Assembly (NCBI GenBank): GCA_938091115.1
Contig: CALKNI010000005.1
Span: 289-64,288 of the forward strand
DNA: 64,000 nt
From: an uncultured Pirellulaceae bacterium
GTDB lineage: Bacteria > Planctomycetota > Planctomycetia > Pirellulales > Pirellulaceae
Reading direction: 5' to 3'
Shown here: one piece after another, positions 49,594-59,517 of the stretch
How positions within the stretch are numbered: position 1 is the stretch's first letter
Layout: each line of letters starts with the position of its first letter
Position numbers and translations under genes: made by a program
The notes under the pieces: generated by a model
The model's input: only the letters and a program-made list of their open reading frames with translations
Told to the model about the DNA's origin: nothing
The model's database searches: none

Positions 49594-50274
49594 TCAGGCC
49601 GTCTCGGACGCCGCTCCTAATTTGACGAATATGAAGGCCGCCACCAACAATAAGACGGCAAAAATACCGAGCAGCAGCGCGACCGGCACGTATCTCTCCG
49701 GAATTGGGTTTTGCGTTTCAAAGTTTTGATAATAAGTCGCCCGATCCTTTGTGGGGCGCCTCGCGTAGATCCGCACTCGCTCCAATTCATTAAACTGGAG
49801 ACTGAATCTTGCACCCGTCCGATTCAAAAATCGGCTCAGCTCATATACTTTTTCACCCTGTGCAGGAATCGTTTCAGTATCGTAAACTTGATAATTCCCA
49901 TTGACTTGGATATTCAGATGAGTCCAATCGACATCGCTGTGGTTATAGATGGTGATCTCACCACCTTCCACAGGAGGACGGTTAAAGTAGTCGATGCTAT
50001 AAAAATCCGCCCCCGGAAGATTCTGGGCAGTGACCGACGCTTTGAGTTGACCCTCAAAAACAGGCGGCAAATAATTCCACAAAACCAAAATAGTCAATAC
50101 GGGAACCAAACACATAAACGACAACATAATGGTCAGACCCCGATGGCTTAAATGCGGGGACTTTTTTTGCTCACTTGAGTGGTACTGGAAATCATCGTTC
50201 TCCACCGGCGCATCGGACGTATCTTGAGTCAAGTCTTCACTGGCTGAACTATTTTTTGTCATTGCATTTGTCAT
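49594..50274 (-). CDS. Hypothetical protein with two TM anchors flanking a beta-rich extracytoplasmic domain
   Basis: TM at about aa 47-68 and 195-219; divergent from regB. Confidence 0.65.
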   Translation of the reverse strand: MTNAMTKNSSASEDLTQDTSDAPVENDDFQYHSSEQKKSPHLSHRGLTIMLSFMCLVPVLTILVLWNYLPPVFEGQLKASVTAQNLPGADFYSIDYFNRPPVEGGEITIYNHSDVDWTHLNIQVNGNYQVYDTETIPAQGEKVYELSRFLNRTGARFSLQFNELERVRIYARRPTKDRATYYQNFETQNPIPERYVPVALLLGIFAVLLLVAAFIFVKLGAASETA

Positions 50275-50336
50275 TTTTTTAGCAATCGTTGTTGGTAGAG
50301 TTATTAGTTATACCAATTCTTCTCTTTGGAAAACGC

Positions 50337-51707
50337 ATGTCTGAAAACTCACTGCCAAAAACCTCGCCCAATCAACATTACCTGAATGCGTCATGGCTAT
50401 TGAAATTGCGATGGGTCGCGGTTATCGGGCAGGTCGTTACCATTCTTGGCTCGATCGCATTCTTCAAAACTCAAATTCCGATGTCCTGGGCGATGGCCGT
50501 AGTCATCTCTCTAACCGCGTTATCAAATCTCTTCCTGACGTTCTGGTTCAAGCGCTGGCGAAAAATTGACGAACGCATGCACGCCAGTACAGAAAACCAG
50601 AGTTCTGTGCTCCCTTGGGAATTAATTCTCGGACTGATCCTCGTTATGGACATGTTGTCACTCACAACGTTGCTTTTCACAACAGGAGGCCCGAATAATC
50701 CGTTTTACTTGTTCTTTTTTGTTAATCTTAGTCTATGTGCCCTGATGTTAAACCGTCGTTGGGCTTGGGCGATTAACGTTCTCACAATCGTTTGTTTTGC
50801 CGGACTCATGTTCGAGCATTACGACATTGACCACCTCGATTTGGGACTAGATACAATCCGCAGTCGTCAGGACGTCTCTTTAGCTCATGTTGGCATTTTG
50901 GCCGCTTTTGCAACCTGCTCAAGTGTGATTGTCTATTTCATGACCCGCTTGACCGATGAGCTTAGAGAGCAGCAGCAACGCGTTCGGCAGTCTCAGACGC
51001 TTCGTGCCAACAGCGATAAAATTGAAGCCCTTGGCACCCTCGCCGCCGGCACAGCCCATGAACTTGCTACACCCCTCAGTACCATTGCCATCGTGGCTCG
51101 CGATGTCGAGCAAGCGTTCGAAGAAAACCCGCCTGATTTTCCAGGGGCAGAAGATGTTATCGAAGATGTTCATTTGATTCGAAGCCAATTGGATCGCTGT
51201 CGAGCGATTCTCGATCGCATGGCTAGCCATGCGGGAGAGGCAATTGGCGAACCCATTCAACCGGTGGCAGTTGCAAGTCTTTCCAATTTATTACTGGAGG
51301 GCCTTCGGGGACGAGGACGTGTCCAACTGCTCCTGCCCGATTCGGCTCACCAAGAGAATCTCAACATCCCTTTAATTGGTCTGAGCCAGGCAATGCGGGG
51401 GCTGGTTCAAAATGCGTTAGATGCTGACCGCTCGGATCGCTCTGTGATGGTCAGTGTTGCACGCAATGATCAGGACTGGGAATGGAAAATACGAGACCAC
51501 GGGCCGGGCATGTCGGCGGAAGAGCTCAGCCGTGTCAGCGAGCCTTTTTACACGACCAAAGCACCTGGCGAAGGAATGGGCTTAGGGGTCTTCCTAGCCA
51601 AAAATGTCATTCGTCGCCTTGGCGGAACGGTCGAGTTTGAATCGGTAAGCGGCAAAGGCACCTGCGTGACAGTCTGCCTTCCCGCCAAAGTGAGAACGAA
51701 TCAATAA
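50337..51707 (+). CDS. regB: RegB/PrrB family redox-sensing histidine kinase
   Basis: LRWVAVIGQ, GGPNNPF quinone-binding motif, AHELATPL H-box, DRCRAIL redox Cys, GMGLGVF; ATG 50337 preferred. Confidence 0.9.
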   Translation: MSENSLPKTSPNQHYLNASWLLKLRWVAVIGQVVTILGSIAFFKTQIPMSWAMAVVISLTALSNLFLTFWFKRWRKIDERMHASTENQSSVLPWELILGLILVMDMLSLTTLLFTTGGPNNPFYLFFFVNLSLCALMLNRRWAWAINVLTIVCFAGLMFEHYDIDHLDLGLDTIRSRQDVSLAHVGILAAFATCSSVIVYFMTRLTDELREQQQRVRQSQTLRANSDKIEALGTLAAGTAHELATPLSTIAIVARDVEQAFEENPPDFPGAEDVIEDVHLIRSQLDRCRAILDRMASHAGEAIGEPIQPVAVASLSNLLLEGLRGRGRVQLLLPDSAHQENLNIPLIGLSQAMRGLVQNALDADRSDRSVMVSVARNDQDWEWKIRDHGPGMSAEELSRVSEPFYTTKAPGEGMGLGVFLAKNVIRRLGGTVEFESVSGKGTCVTVCLPAKVRTNQ

Positions 51708-51900
51708 CATGATAATTCGGTCTGCTTTCGAGATCAGCAATTCGATGTCAAAACGAAACCTGAGCGTTGGTTCTGGTCGATGGCATATTGAAAACAGTAA
51801 CGCAATACGCCAATATTAATCTCCTTAGCCATGAACTCTGAACACAGATTTTTCGAAGAGTTTAACCTCGAGCATACCAAGTAACTATAGAGGGTTTCAC

Positions 51901-52425
51901 ATGCCGCCAGCCGAAACAATTTTAATCGTCGATGACGATGATGTGCTTCGGCAACGCCTCGAAAAGTCGCTTACTCGAAGAGGCTGGAGCATTTTTGCTG
52001 CCGAGGGATTTGAGACAGCAATTGCCTTGGCAGAAACTCACCAACCAGCACGTGCCGTACTCGATTTAAAAATGCCCGCCCAGTCCGGTCTAGATGTATT
52101 GCGGAAAATCCGGGAAATTTCACCGAATACAAAATGCGTTATTTTGACTGGATATGGTAGCATCACCAACGCCGTTGAAGCAGTTAAGCTTGGCGCCGTT
52201 GGCTACATCACCAAGCCCGCCGATGCCGATCAAGTGTTAGCCGCATTCGCTGAATCGCGAGAAACTCCGACTCCCGACTTCCCTCCGCCATCGCTGGCTG
52301 AAGCACAGTGGGAACACATCCAGCGGGTACTTGCTGATTCCGGCGGCAACATTTCCGAGGCGGCTCGCCGACTCGATATCCCTCGTCGAACGCTTCAGCG
52401 GAAACTGAAAAAAAATGCTCCTTGA
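51901..52425 (+). CDS. regA: RegA/PrrA family response regulator
   Basis: Receiver (VDDD, LDLKM, LTGYGSI, TKP) plus WEHIQRVL..GNISEAARRLDIPRRTLQRKL. Confidence 0.93.
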   Translation: MPPAETILIVDDDDVLRQRLEKSLTRRGWSIFAAEGFETAIALAETHQPARAVLDLKMPAQSGLDVLRKIREISPNTKCVILTGYGSITNAVEAVKLGAVGYITKPADADQVLAAFAESRETPTPDFPPPSLAEAQWEHIQRVLADSGGNISEAARRLDIPRRTLQRKLKKNAP

Positions 52426-52451
52426 GCTGACCGTGATTGTTATGTTTAAGA

Positions 52452-52481
52452 TTGCACTTACAGCTTTCCTTGAAGTACGAT
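52452..52481 (+). promoter_or_regulatory. Possible sigma70-type promoter for the beta-propeller gene
   Basis: TTGCAC-N18-TACGAT about 135 nt upstream of ATG 52615. Confidence 0.3.
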
Positions 52482-52614
52482 GTAGTCGTGTCTGGTTTCT
52501 AAACCAATGAATCCACTCTGATGTTTTGCTCCGTCCGCCAGCAATTCATGTCTCCAATCGTGCCGATTAACAATAACCAACAACATTAAAATTACACCCG
52601 TCTGGAACTTAAAC

Positions 52615-53955
52615 ATGATTCGATGCATCATTTACTTGACCATTCTTGTTTACGGCAGCCTGGCATTTCAATCGGCAAACTCACAGGAAACCAACGATTA
52701 TTGGTCTCAATTTCGCGGGCTCAACGGCACCGGAATTGCGAAACCCAATGCACGCCCACCCGTCGAATTTGAAGCCTCCAAGCAGGCAGTTTGGGAAACT
52801 ACAATACCGGGCACAGGCTGGTCCTCTCCTGTTTACACCGGAAATAAGGCTTGGCTCACCACTTCTATCACCAGCGAAGCATCGCCTGCAGAAATTGCAG
52901 CCAAACTAAAAGGGGACCGACTTGCTCAAATCAAAACCGTCGCCTCGTCTGTCGAATTGCATGCAATCTGTGTCGACCTCGATGATGGGAAAATAATTCA
53001 TGATGTCATTCTTCACAAAATAGAATCTCCTGAACCAATTAACCCAATGAACTCTTACGCCTCCCCTACGCCGGCAATCAAAGATGGCAAAGTTGTTTTT
53101 CATTTTGGAAATTACGGGACATGGTGTGTTGACGAGTCTACCGGAGAAGTGATCTGGGAAAGACGGTTTGTGGTCAAACACAGCGTTGGGCCTGGAAGTT
53201 CACCAATCATCTTTAACGATAAAGTCATCATCGTTTGCGACGGAACTGACTTGCAATACATCGTTGCGGTTGAACTCAATAACGGTAAGGATGTCTGGAA
53301 AACCAATCGACCTCCCATCCGCGCCAACGATGGTGAATATCGGAAAGCGTACTGCACACCCATCATTATCGACGTCGACGGAATCAAGCAGGCCGTCGTT
53401 CCAGGCGCTCAGTGGGTGGCTGGATACAACCCCTCCACCGGCCAAGAGCTCTGGCGGGCAGATCATGGAGCAGGATTTTCAATCACACCGATGCCAGCCT
53501 ATCAATCAGGTTTGGTTGTATTCTCAACTGGCTATATGACATCTAGTTTGGTCGCGGTTGATCCAGCCGGACGGGGCGATATTACGGAAACAGGAATCAT
53601 CTGGCGGTCGCAGCCTAAAAAAGCCCCGAACATGCCCAGCCTGATCGGACGCAATGGTAAAATTTACGCCATCTCTGACCGAGGAATTCTACGTGTCCTC
53701 GAAGCAGCAACTGGGAAGATGCTTAAAGAAAAACGGATCGGTGGCAACTTTTCTTCTTCACCACTACTGGCGGGCGATAACCTTTACCTTTCCAGTCGCG
53801 AGGGCCTCATGACGGTCGTAAGCTGCTCGACAGAGCTGCCCAAAATCGCTACGAACAAATTTGAGTCGTCGTTGATGGCCAGTCCCATTCTCGTCGGAGA
53901 CGACTTGCTCGTGCGTACTGAGAAGAAACTGATTCGCATCAGTAATGGGAAATAA
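52615..53955 (+). CDS. Exported PQQ-like beta-propeller repeat protein
   Basis: Signal peptide, WSQFRGLNGTG, GWSSPV, NSYASPTP, GPGSSP, FSSSP repeats. Confidence 0.87.
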   Translation: MIRCIIYLTILVYGSLAFQSANSQETNDYWSQFRGLNGTGIAKPNARPPVEFEASKQAVWETTIPGTGWSSPVYTGNKAWLTTSITSEASPAEIAAKLKGDRLAQIKTVASSVELHAICVDLDDGKIIHDVILHKIESPEPINPMNSYASPTPAIKDGKVVFHFGNYGTWCVDESTGEVIWERRFVVKHSVGPGSSPIIFNDKVIIVCDGTDLQYIVAVELNNGKDVWKTNRPPIRANDGEYRKAYCTPIIIDVDGIKQAVVPGAQWVAGYNPSTGQELWRADHGAGFSITPMPAYQSGLVVFSTGYMTSSLVAVDPAGRGDITETGIIWRSQPKKAPNMPSLIGRNGKIYAISDRGILRVLEAATGKMLKEKRIGGNFSSSPLLAGDNLYLSSREGLMTVVSCSTELPKIATNKFESSLMASPILVGDDLLVRTEKKLIRISNGK

Positions 53956-54062
53956 CCAAAAGATCCTGACATTGGGCCAGTGTCGACCATTAGTCTGATT
54001 CAATCGACCAACTGACTATCGATAGCAGTGGCATTAGACAACGGGAAATCCTCGATCCGTTT

Positions 54063-54431
54063 TTACTCTAGTGGCAATAGCTCAAATTTTTCTACTACCA
54101 ACCGTTCGCCCTGAAGTTCTCCAGAAACGATTGCTTCCCGAATGCAATTACACAATCCATTCTGGCTATGAGCGTCACCGTGGTCATCGATCGATGTCCC
54201 GTCGACAAGATAACTTCGTCCTTCAATTCGAACGGCGAGATCACACCCTTCTTCCTGTAATCCGAACTGACATTGCCCACAGGAAACCTCCAGCCGTTCA
54301 TTTTCAATCGTGCGAGCCATTTGAGTTGCCTCCAAAGAGACTGAAGCTCGATCGCGAGTCGAAGCATCGCAGGCCACCAGAGTCAAACAAATGCATACGA
54401 GCAAAAGTTGGAAGCTACGCCACATCCCCAA
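54063..54431 (-). CDS. Putative lipoprotein with Cys/His motif (DUF6370-like)
   Basis: Lipobox LVAC; SCGQCQFG..GCDLAVRI..IDDHGDAH..GLCN. Confidence 0.7.
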   Translation of the reverse strand: MGMWRSFQLLLVCICLTLVACDASTRDRASVSLEATQMARTIENERLEVSCGQCQFGLQEEGCDLAVRIEGRSYLVDGTSIDDHGDAHSQNGLCNCIREAIVSGELQGERLVVEKFELLPLE

Positions 54432-54947
54432 ATCCTCCGAAATATCTTGACTCTTCTATGGATTGAATTTTTGGTTTCGATCCAACGTCTCAGCCTACCT
54501 AGACCAACTGACGCGAGGTCAAATTCTAGACTTTTTAAGCGGCCAATGTGTCGTCCTGGCCAGATGAACCAAAAATCGAATACCCACAATAAGGAAATTG
54601 GTGGTTGCAAGCATGACCGTTAGCGCGTTTTCTCAAGCGGAAAATCTTATCGAGCCCAAACAATTCGGAGTTTGTCTGCAAAAAAGAATAAATATTTTAT
54701 TCACATCTGAAGCAAAAAACCCCCTAAAGAAACTACGTCCCATGCTCGAAAAACTCGTGTTGCAGGCCCAAAATTTACGGCAAAAATTTTGAGGAACTCT
54801 AACCGTCCAAAAGCAGCTTCAAGGGACTTTATTTTCCCTTTAAGGCGCGTCGTTTGTTGAGATTTTATTGAGGTTTCCCCAAAAGAAACGCCCACGATTC
54901 ACCCGATAATTAAAGGGTAGAACAGTTTTGACACCCCCCAAAAGTAC

Positions 54948-54963
54948 TGCGACGTTTTTACAC
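54948..54963 (+). promoter_or_regulatory. Candidate RegA/PrrA binding site upstream of the ACIII operon
   Basis: TGCGACGTTTTTACAC versus the recalled YGCGRCRNWWNGNCGC-type consensus (2 mismatches), 150 nt upstream of actA. Confidence 0.35.
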
Positions 54964-55113
54964 GTCGACCAAAAAGTGTCTTTGGACTAAAGTTTCCGGT
55001 TAATTAATGGTCGAGCGATCATGAAATAGTCTGGTTGCACGGAAACCACCCGTTCGATTTTTATCCACACGTCATTTTTCGCCGGACGTCCAGCGTCTCG
55101 CATGGTGATTTGA

Positions 55114-55797
55114 ATGCAAGAGTTTCATTTCCCGAATTGGGTTAACAAGTTTACTTTCCTTGCTGCGGCAACTGCTGTCGTCGTCGGGGGATATTTGGCA
55201 ACGTGTTTGTTCGCGGCCATCAGTCCGAAAATTGTCAACGTCGGCCATCAACCAAAACAGCCGGTCCCTTTTAGCCACAAGCTTCATGCAGGGCAACTCA
55301 AGATGGATTGTCGTTACTGCCATAACACAGTGGAACGGGCGGGGCACGCTGCGATCCCGCCGACAGCGACTTGCGGAAACTGTCACGGTGGCAGTCGCAC
55401 GACCAAAGGCGAACGTGATCTTGGAATCGTCCGCGGCGACAGTACTCTCTTGAAGCCAATTCGGGTTAGTCTCGAAACGAATGATCCTGTGTTGTGGGAG
55501 CGAGTTCACGACTTGCCTGACTTTGTTTACTTCAACCACAGTGCTCACGTAAACAAAGGGGTCAGCTGTGTTTCCTGCCATGGCCGAATCGACAAAATGG
55601 AAATCGTAACACAGGTCGAACCGCTCTCGATGAAATGGTGCCTTGATTGCCACCGCAACCCGACTCCAAACATCCGCGATCCACAACTCGTTACTCAATT
55701 GGATTTTGTGCCTGAGAACCCAGAAGAGTATCACAAGAAATGGGCTGAAAAGCTCAATGTTAATCCAAACGTCAACTGTTCAACGTGTCATCGTTAG
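55114..55797 (+). CDS. actA: Alternative complex III pentaheme cytochrome c subunit
   Basis: N-terminal TM; five CxxCH motifs (CRYCH, CGNCH, CVSCH, CLDCH, CSTCH); QPVPFSHKLHAG, LPDFVYFNHSAH. Confidence 0.93.
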   Translation: MQEFHFPNWVNKFTFLAAATAVVVGGYLATCLFAAISPKIVNVGHQPKQPVPFSHKLHAGQLKMDCRYCHNTVERAGHAAIPPTATCGNCHGGSRTTKGERDLGIVRGDSTLLKPIRVSLETNDPVLWERVHDLPDFVYFNHSAHVNKGVSCVSCHGRIDKMEIVTQVEPLSMKWCLDCHRNPTPNIRDPQLVTQLDFVPENPEEYHKKWAEKLNVNPNVNCSTCHR

Positions 55798-55851
55798 TGG
55801 CCCGAAGTTAATTGTCACCTTCCGACACGAAACCATCTGAAGTATCCAGAA

Positions 55852-58800
55852 ATGAACAAACCTCGCACGAACAAAACCAATCAAATTTCCAATCTAAATC
55901 TGCCTGTGGATTCAAACGAATTCAATGAGGCGGTTGATCGCGACTTCGGCTCAGCAACCGAGTATCACACCGACGGTTTTTCCCGTCGACGGTGGTTGCA
56001 GTTGATGGGCGCGTCGTTGGCACTCGGCGGTATGACGGGATGTCGTTACGAAGAAGAAAAAATCGCTCCATTTGCGTTTCGCCCTCAGCACCGCATCCCC
56101 GGGGTGCCGGTTAAGTACGCGTCACTGACGGAACTTGGCGGAATTTCTCAACCGATTCTTGGGACTAGTTTTGACGGACGTCCAATCAAGCTTGACGGCA
56201 ATCCGCAGCATCCCGATTCAATGGGAGCTTCGACATCCTTTACTCAGGCTCGGATTCTCGAGTTCTACGACCCGGATCGCTTAAGAGCACCCCTTGGCGG
56301 CAATGGATTAGCTGAGACAAATTTTGACGAATTGGTAAACGCCTGCAAGTTTAGCGATGCCGAAGCCAGTACGGTAGCGGTTGTTGCCCATCCAACCTCC
56401 TCGCCCAGTATGATGCGGTTGAAGGATGAATTTACCGCCAAGGGTGGACAGTGGTTTACTTATTCACCGATTTCAGATGACAACACTCGCGCGGGAAGCA
56501 AATTAGCATTTGGACGTCCGCTTCGCGCCCATTACAAATTGGACGAAGCCAAGGTCATCGTCTCACTCGACGCAGACATTTTATCGACCGTAGGATCCGG
56601 GGTCGCTAATAGTGTTAGTTTCGCAAAAGGCCGCGATGCTGACAGTAAAAAAATGAGTCGAATGTACGTTGTCGAAAGCCAATTCTCGACAACCGGTGCA
56701 GCGGCAGATCACCGTATTGCTGTTCGTAGTTCTGACATCGAAGGCTTTGCCGAGAGTCTATCAAAAGAAATCGACAAGGTAGACGATGGTGTCGTCGATC
56801 CATCGCTCCCGTATCGCGAAAAGGTTCTCGCGGCAATGGCCTCGGACCTCGCGCTTCACAAAGGCCAGTGTGTAATCGTCGCCGGCGAAAAGCAATCACC
56901 GAAAGTTCACGCACTGGTGCACAGCTTGAACGACAAGCTTGGCAACCACGGAAAAACGATCACCTTCACTGAAGTGCCTGATCCGAATCGACCCTCTACG
57001 ATTACCGCGATCAAGAAATTTGCCGAAGATGCAGACAAATTCAAGACGGTCATCATTCTTGGTGGTAACCCTGTGTTCGACGCTCCCCGCGAATTGAACC
57101 TGGGAGACGTGTTGAGTAAAGTCGAAAATACACTCCACATCTCCTCTTTCAAAAACGAAACGGGTGCGAAATGTAAATGGATTAGTGCGGTCGCTCATCC
57201 GTTGGCATCTTGGAAAGACGGCTACTCGAATAATGGATCGGTGTTACTTGGGCAACCTTTCATCAATCCACTTTTTGGTGGGAAGTCCGACTTGGAAACG
57301 ATGGCGATCTTGATGGGTAGGGAAGTGACTGATGGCCAGGAGATTGTTAGAAAAACCAACGCGCTGAGCGAAGCTGCCTGGAAGAAAGCAGTTCACGATG
57401 GATTCGTTTCATCGGAGATGGCACCGACAGTCAATGCGACAATCACCGGCAAGCCAACAGATTGGGAATGCACAGCAACCGATCAGTGGAGCAAGCTTTG
57501 GGAAAAAGAAAGCGGCCTCGAGGTCGTTTTCAATCCAAGCAGTTCATTATACGACGGCTGCTTTGCCAACAGTTCCTGGCTGCAAGAGTTACCAGATTTC
57601 TTCACCAAGGTAGCTTGGGACAACGTTGCATCTGTCAGTCCAAGAACAGCCAAAGAGTTCAACCTGCATCAGCATGGGATGTCGGCAAAGTCCAAGGCGA
57701 CAATGATGAGTGTCACCTTGAACGATAAAGACATCAAAATCCCTGTGGTGATCCAGCCTGGTCAAGCCGACGGCTCGATTGGAATCGAGACCGGCTACGG
57801 ACGGACACTGGCTGGAAGAGTGGGCGGCCACGTAGAAAACGGCGTTGATTCGATTGGCTTTGACGTTAATCCGATTCGAGTTGCAGATGAAAAAAATAAT
57901 CATTGGCTTGTGCAGACTGCCGATGCTGGAGCAGTGGGTTCATCAGGAACACTTTATCGTTTAGCAATCGTTCAGGAACCTTGGGAAATTGACGCGACTG
58001 CCCGCGACGAAATCCAAGCGAGAATGTTCCGCGATCCAAGCAAAAAGGAGAGCGATCGAAGCGGACTGATCCGCGAAGGCAGTTTAGACAGTTATCAGGA
58101 GTTTCTTGAGCAGCATCCGCTCCAAACCGATAAGCTACCGCCAAAGACAAAATCGGCGGCAGACAAATCGGGAGCACTGCCGATTATGAATCAGGTCAGA
58201 TTCATACCGGCTGATCTCGACGAACAATCGCCGCCAGTTGACGAATCGCCCGCAATGGAGAAGTGGGCTGAAGGACAAAAACACAAATGGCCCGAAGCAT
58301 TTCATATGCACCACGAGTTGTTTGACTTAACCCCGGGTTCTCGTGTTGATTACGAAAACCTGAATCCCGAAGGCCTCCCAACGACTTACGAAAACGTTTG
58401 GGGCATGTCCATCGATCTCAACAAGTGCATTGGCTGTAATTCATGCGTTGTTGCGTGCCAGGCCGAGAACAACATTCCTGTTGTTGGCAAAGATGACGTT
58501 TGGCGTGGCCGAGAGATGCACTGGATGCGAATTGATCGCTATTATGGCGACAACCTTTACATCAAAACTCCGGATGAACTTACTGACAACGACGAGACGA
58601 AGTCGATTCCGGATGAGATTCAGGTTGTCCACCAGCCAGTCGCTTGTCACCACTGTGAGAATGCTCCGTGCGAAACCGTCTGCCCGGTCGCCGCTACGGT
58701 GCACAGCAACGAGGGGCTCAACGACATGGTTTACAACCGCTGCATCGGTACTCGATACTGCGGCAACAACTGTCCTTATAAAGTGCGTCGGTTCAACTTC

Positions 58801-59379
58801 TTCAACTACAGCGATGCAGAAACTTTCCTTAAGTACCCCGGTGCCGACAAAGTTCCCGAAGGTGACCGAAAACTGCAAAACTTGATGATGAACCCCGAAG
58901 TCACCATTCGCAGCCGTGGTGTAATGGAGAAATGCACCTACTGCGTTCAACGTATTCAAGCGGGAAAAATTCAGGCCAAGGTCGAGCATCGCAAGATTGG
59001 TCCAAACGAAATCACTACGGCTTGTCAGGATTCCTGTCCAACCCAGGCCATCAAGTTTGGTGACTTGCACAATTTCGAAAGCGATGTCGCCAAGGCACAC
59101 GCTAACCCGCGTGCCTACTCGATGCTCGAAGAATTAAACAATCGACCGCGGACCCTGTACCTTGCACGCGTACGAAATCCACATGAGGCATTGCGAGATA
59201 TCGATGACCGCAATTCCGTTGGTCACCACGGCGGGCACGGGAGCCACGGTGATGATCACGGCCACGCCCATGACGAAAATCATGACCACGATACTGACGC
59301 GAAACATGAGCATGATCACGACGATAAAGCCGCTCACGATCATGCTGATGCAGATCATAAAGCTGAAACAAAAGAATAG
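55852..59379 (+). CDS. actB: Alternative complex III subunit B (molybdopterin-oxidoreductase-like domain plus Fe-S domain)
   Basis: Tat motif SRRRWLQ with lipobox-like GMTGC; CIGCNSCVVAC, CHHCENAPCETVC, CIGTRYCGNNC, KCTYC..ACQDSC; His-rich tail. Confidence 0.93.
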   Translation: MNKPRTNKTNQISNLNLPVDSNEFNEAVDRDFGSATEYHTDGFSRRRWLQLMGASLALGGMTGCRYEEEKIAPFAFRPQHRIPGVPVKYASLTELGGISQPILGTSFDGRPIKLDGNPQHPDSMGASTSFTQARILEFYDPDRLRAPLGGNGLAETNFDELVNACKFSDAEASTVAVVAHPTSSPSMMRLKDEFTAKGGQWFTYSPISDDNTRAGSKLAFGRPLRAHYKLDEAKVIVSLDADILSTVGSGVANSVSFAKGRDADSKKMSRMYVVESQFSTTGAAADHRIAVRSSDIEGFAESLSKEIDKVDDGVVDPSLPYREKVLAAMASDLALHKGQCVIVAGEKQSPKVHALVHSLNDKLGNHGKTITFTEVPDPNRPSTITAIKKFAEDADKFKTVIILGGNPVFDAPRELNLGDVLSKVENTLHISSFKNETGAKCKWISAVAHPLASWKDGYSNNGSVLLGQPFINPLFGGKSDLETMAILMGREVTDGQEIVRKTNALSEAAWKKAVHDGFVSSEMAPTVNATITGKPTDWECTATDQWSKLWEKESGLEVVFNPSSSLYDGCFANSSWLQELPDFFTKVAWDNVASVSPRTAKEFNLHQHGMSAKSKATMMSVTLNDKDIKIPVVIQPGQADGSIGIETGYGRTLAGRVGGHVENGVDSIGFDVNPIRVADEKNNHWLVQTADAGAVGSSGTLYRLAIVQEPWEIDATARDEIQARMFRDPSKKESDRSGLIREGSLDSYQEFLEQHPLQTDKLPPKTKSAADKSGALPIMNQVRFIPADLDEQSPPVDESPAMEKWAEGQKHKWPEAFHMHHELFDLTPGSRVDYENLNPEGLPTTYENVWGMSIDLNKCIGCNSCVVACQAENNIPVVGKDDVWRGREMHWMRIDRYYGDNLYIKTPDELTDNDETKSIPDEIQVVHQPVACHHCENAPCETVCPVAATVHSNEGLNDMVYNRCIGTRYCGNNCPYKVRRFNFFNYSDAETFLKYPGADKVPEGDRKLQNLMMNPEVTIRSRGVMEKCTYCVQRIQAGKIQAKVEHRKIGPNEITTACQDSCPTQAIKFGDLHNFESDVAKAHANPRAYSMLEELNNRPRTLYLARVRNPHEALRDIDDRNSVGHHGGHGSHGDDHGHAHDENHDHDTDAKHEHDHDDKAAHDHADADHKAETKE

Positions 59380-59400
59380 AGTTTGCTAGTTTTTTCGCCT

Positions 59401-59426
59401 GGCAGTTCACGCGTTTATGAACTGTC
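59401..59426 (+). other. Intercistronic stem-loop after actB
   Basis: GGCAGTTCA-cgcgttta-TGAACTGTC, 9-bp stem with one G-U pair, no U-tract. Confidence 0.5.
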
Positions 59427-59517
59427 GATCGACAGGACTGGTGGCAGAGAGACCTGAGTGGCTGCCGCTCAGATCACGACGATACAAAAACTTAAACATC
59501 CACAAAGAGATTATTTG

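Noticed and set aside
54928-54941. FNR box or sigma70 -35 (TTGACA) upstream of actA
   Set aside because: Second half-site CCCAA is a poor match to ATCAA, and there is no -10 hexamer at 16-18 nt spacing
55072-55734. 220-aa antisense ORF over actA (likewise 6227-6883 and 58441-59100)
   Set aside because: Shadow frames of strongly supported genes on the opposite strand, with no motifs of their own
55852-59379. Active molybdopterin oxidoreductase or anaerobic reductase
   Set aside because: Gene order actA-B-C-DE-F identifies ACIII, whose ActB molybdopterin-like domain is known to be cofactor-free
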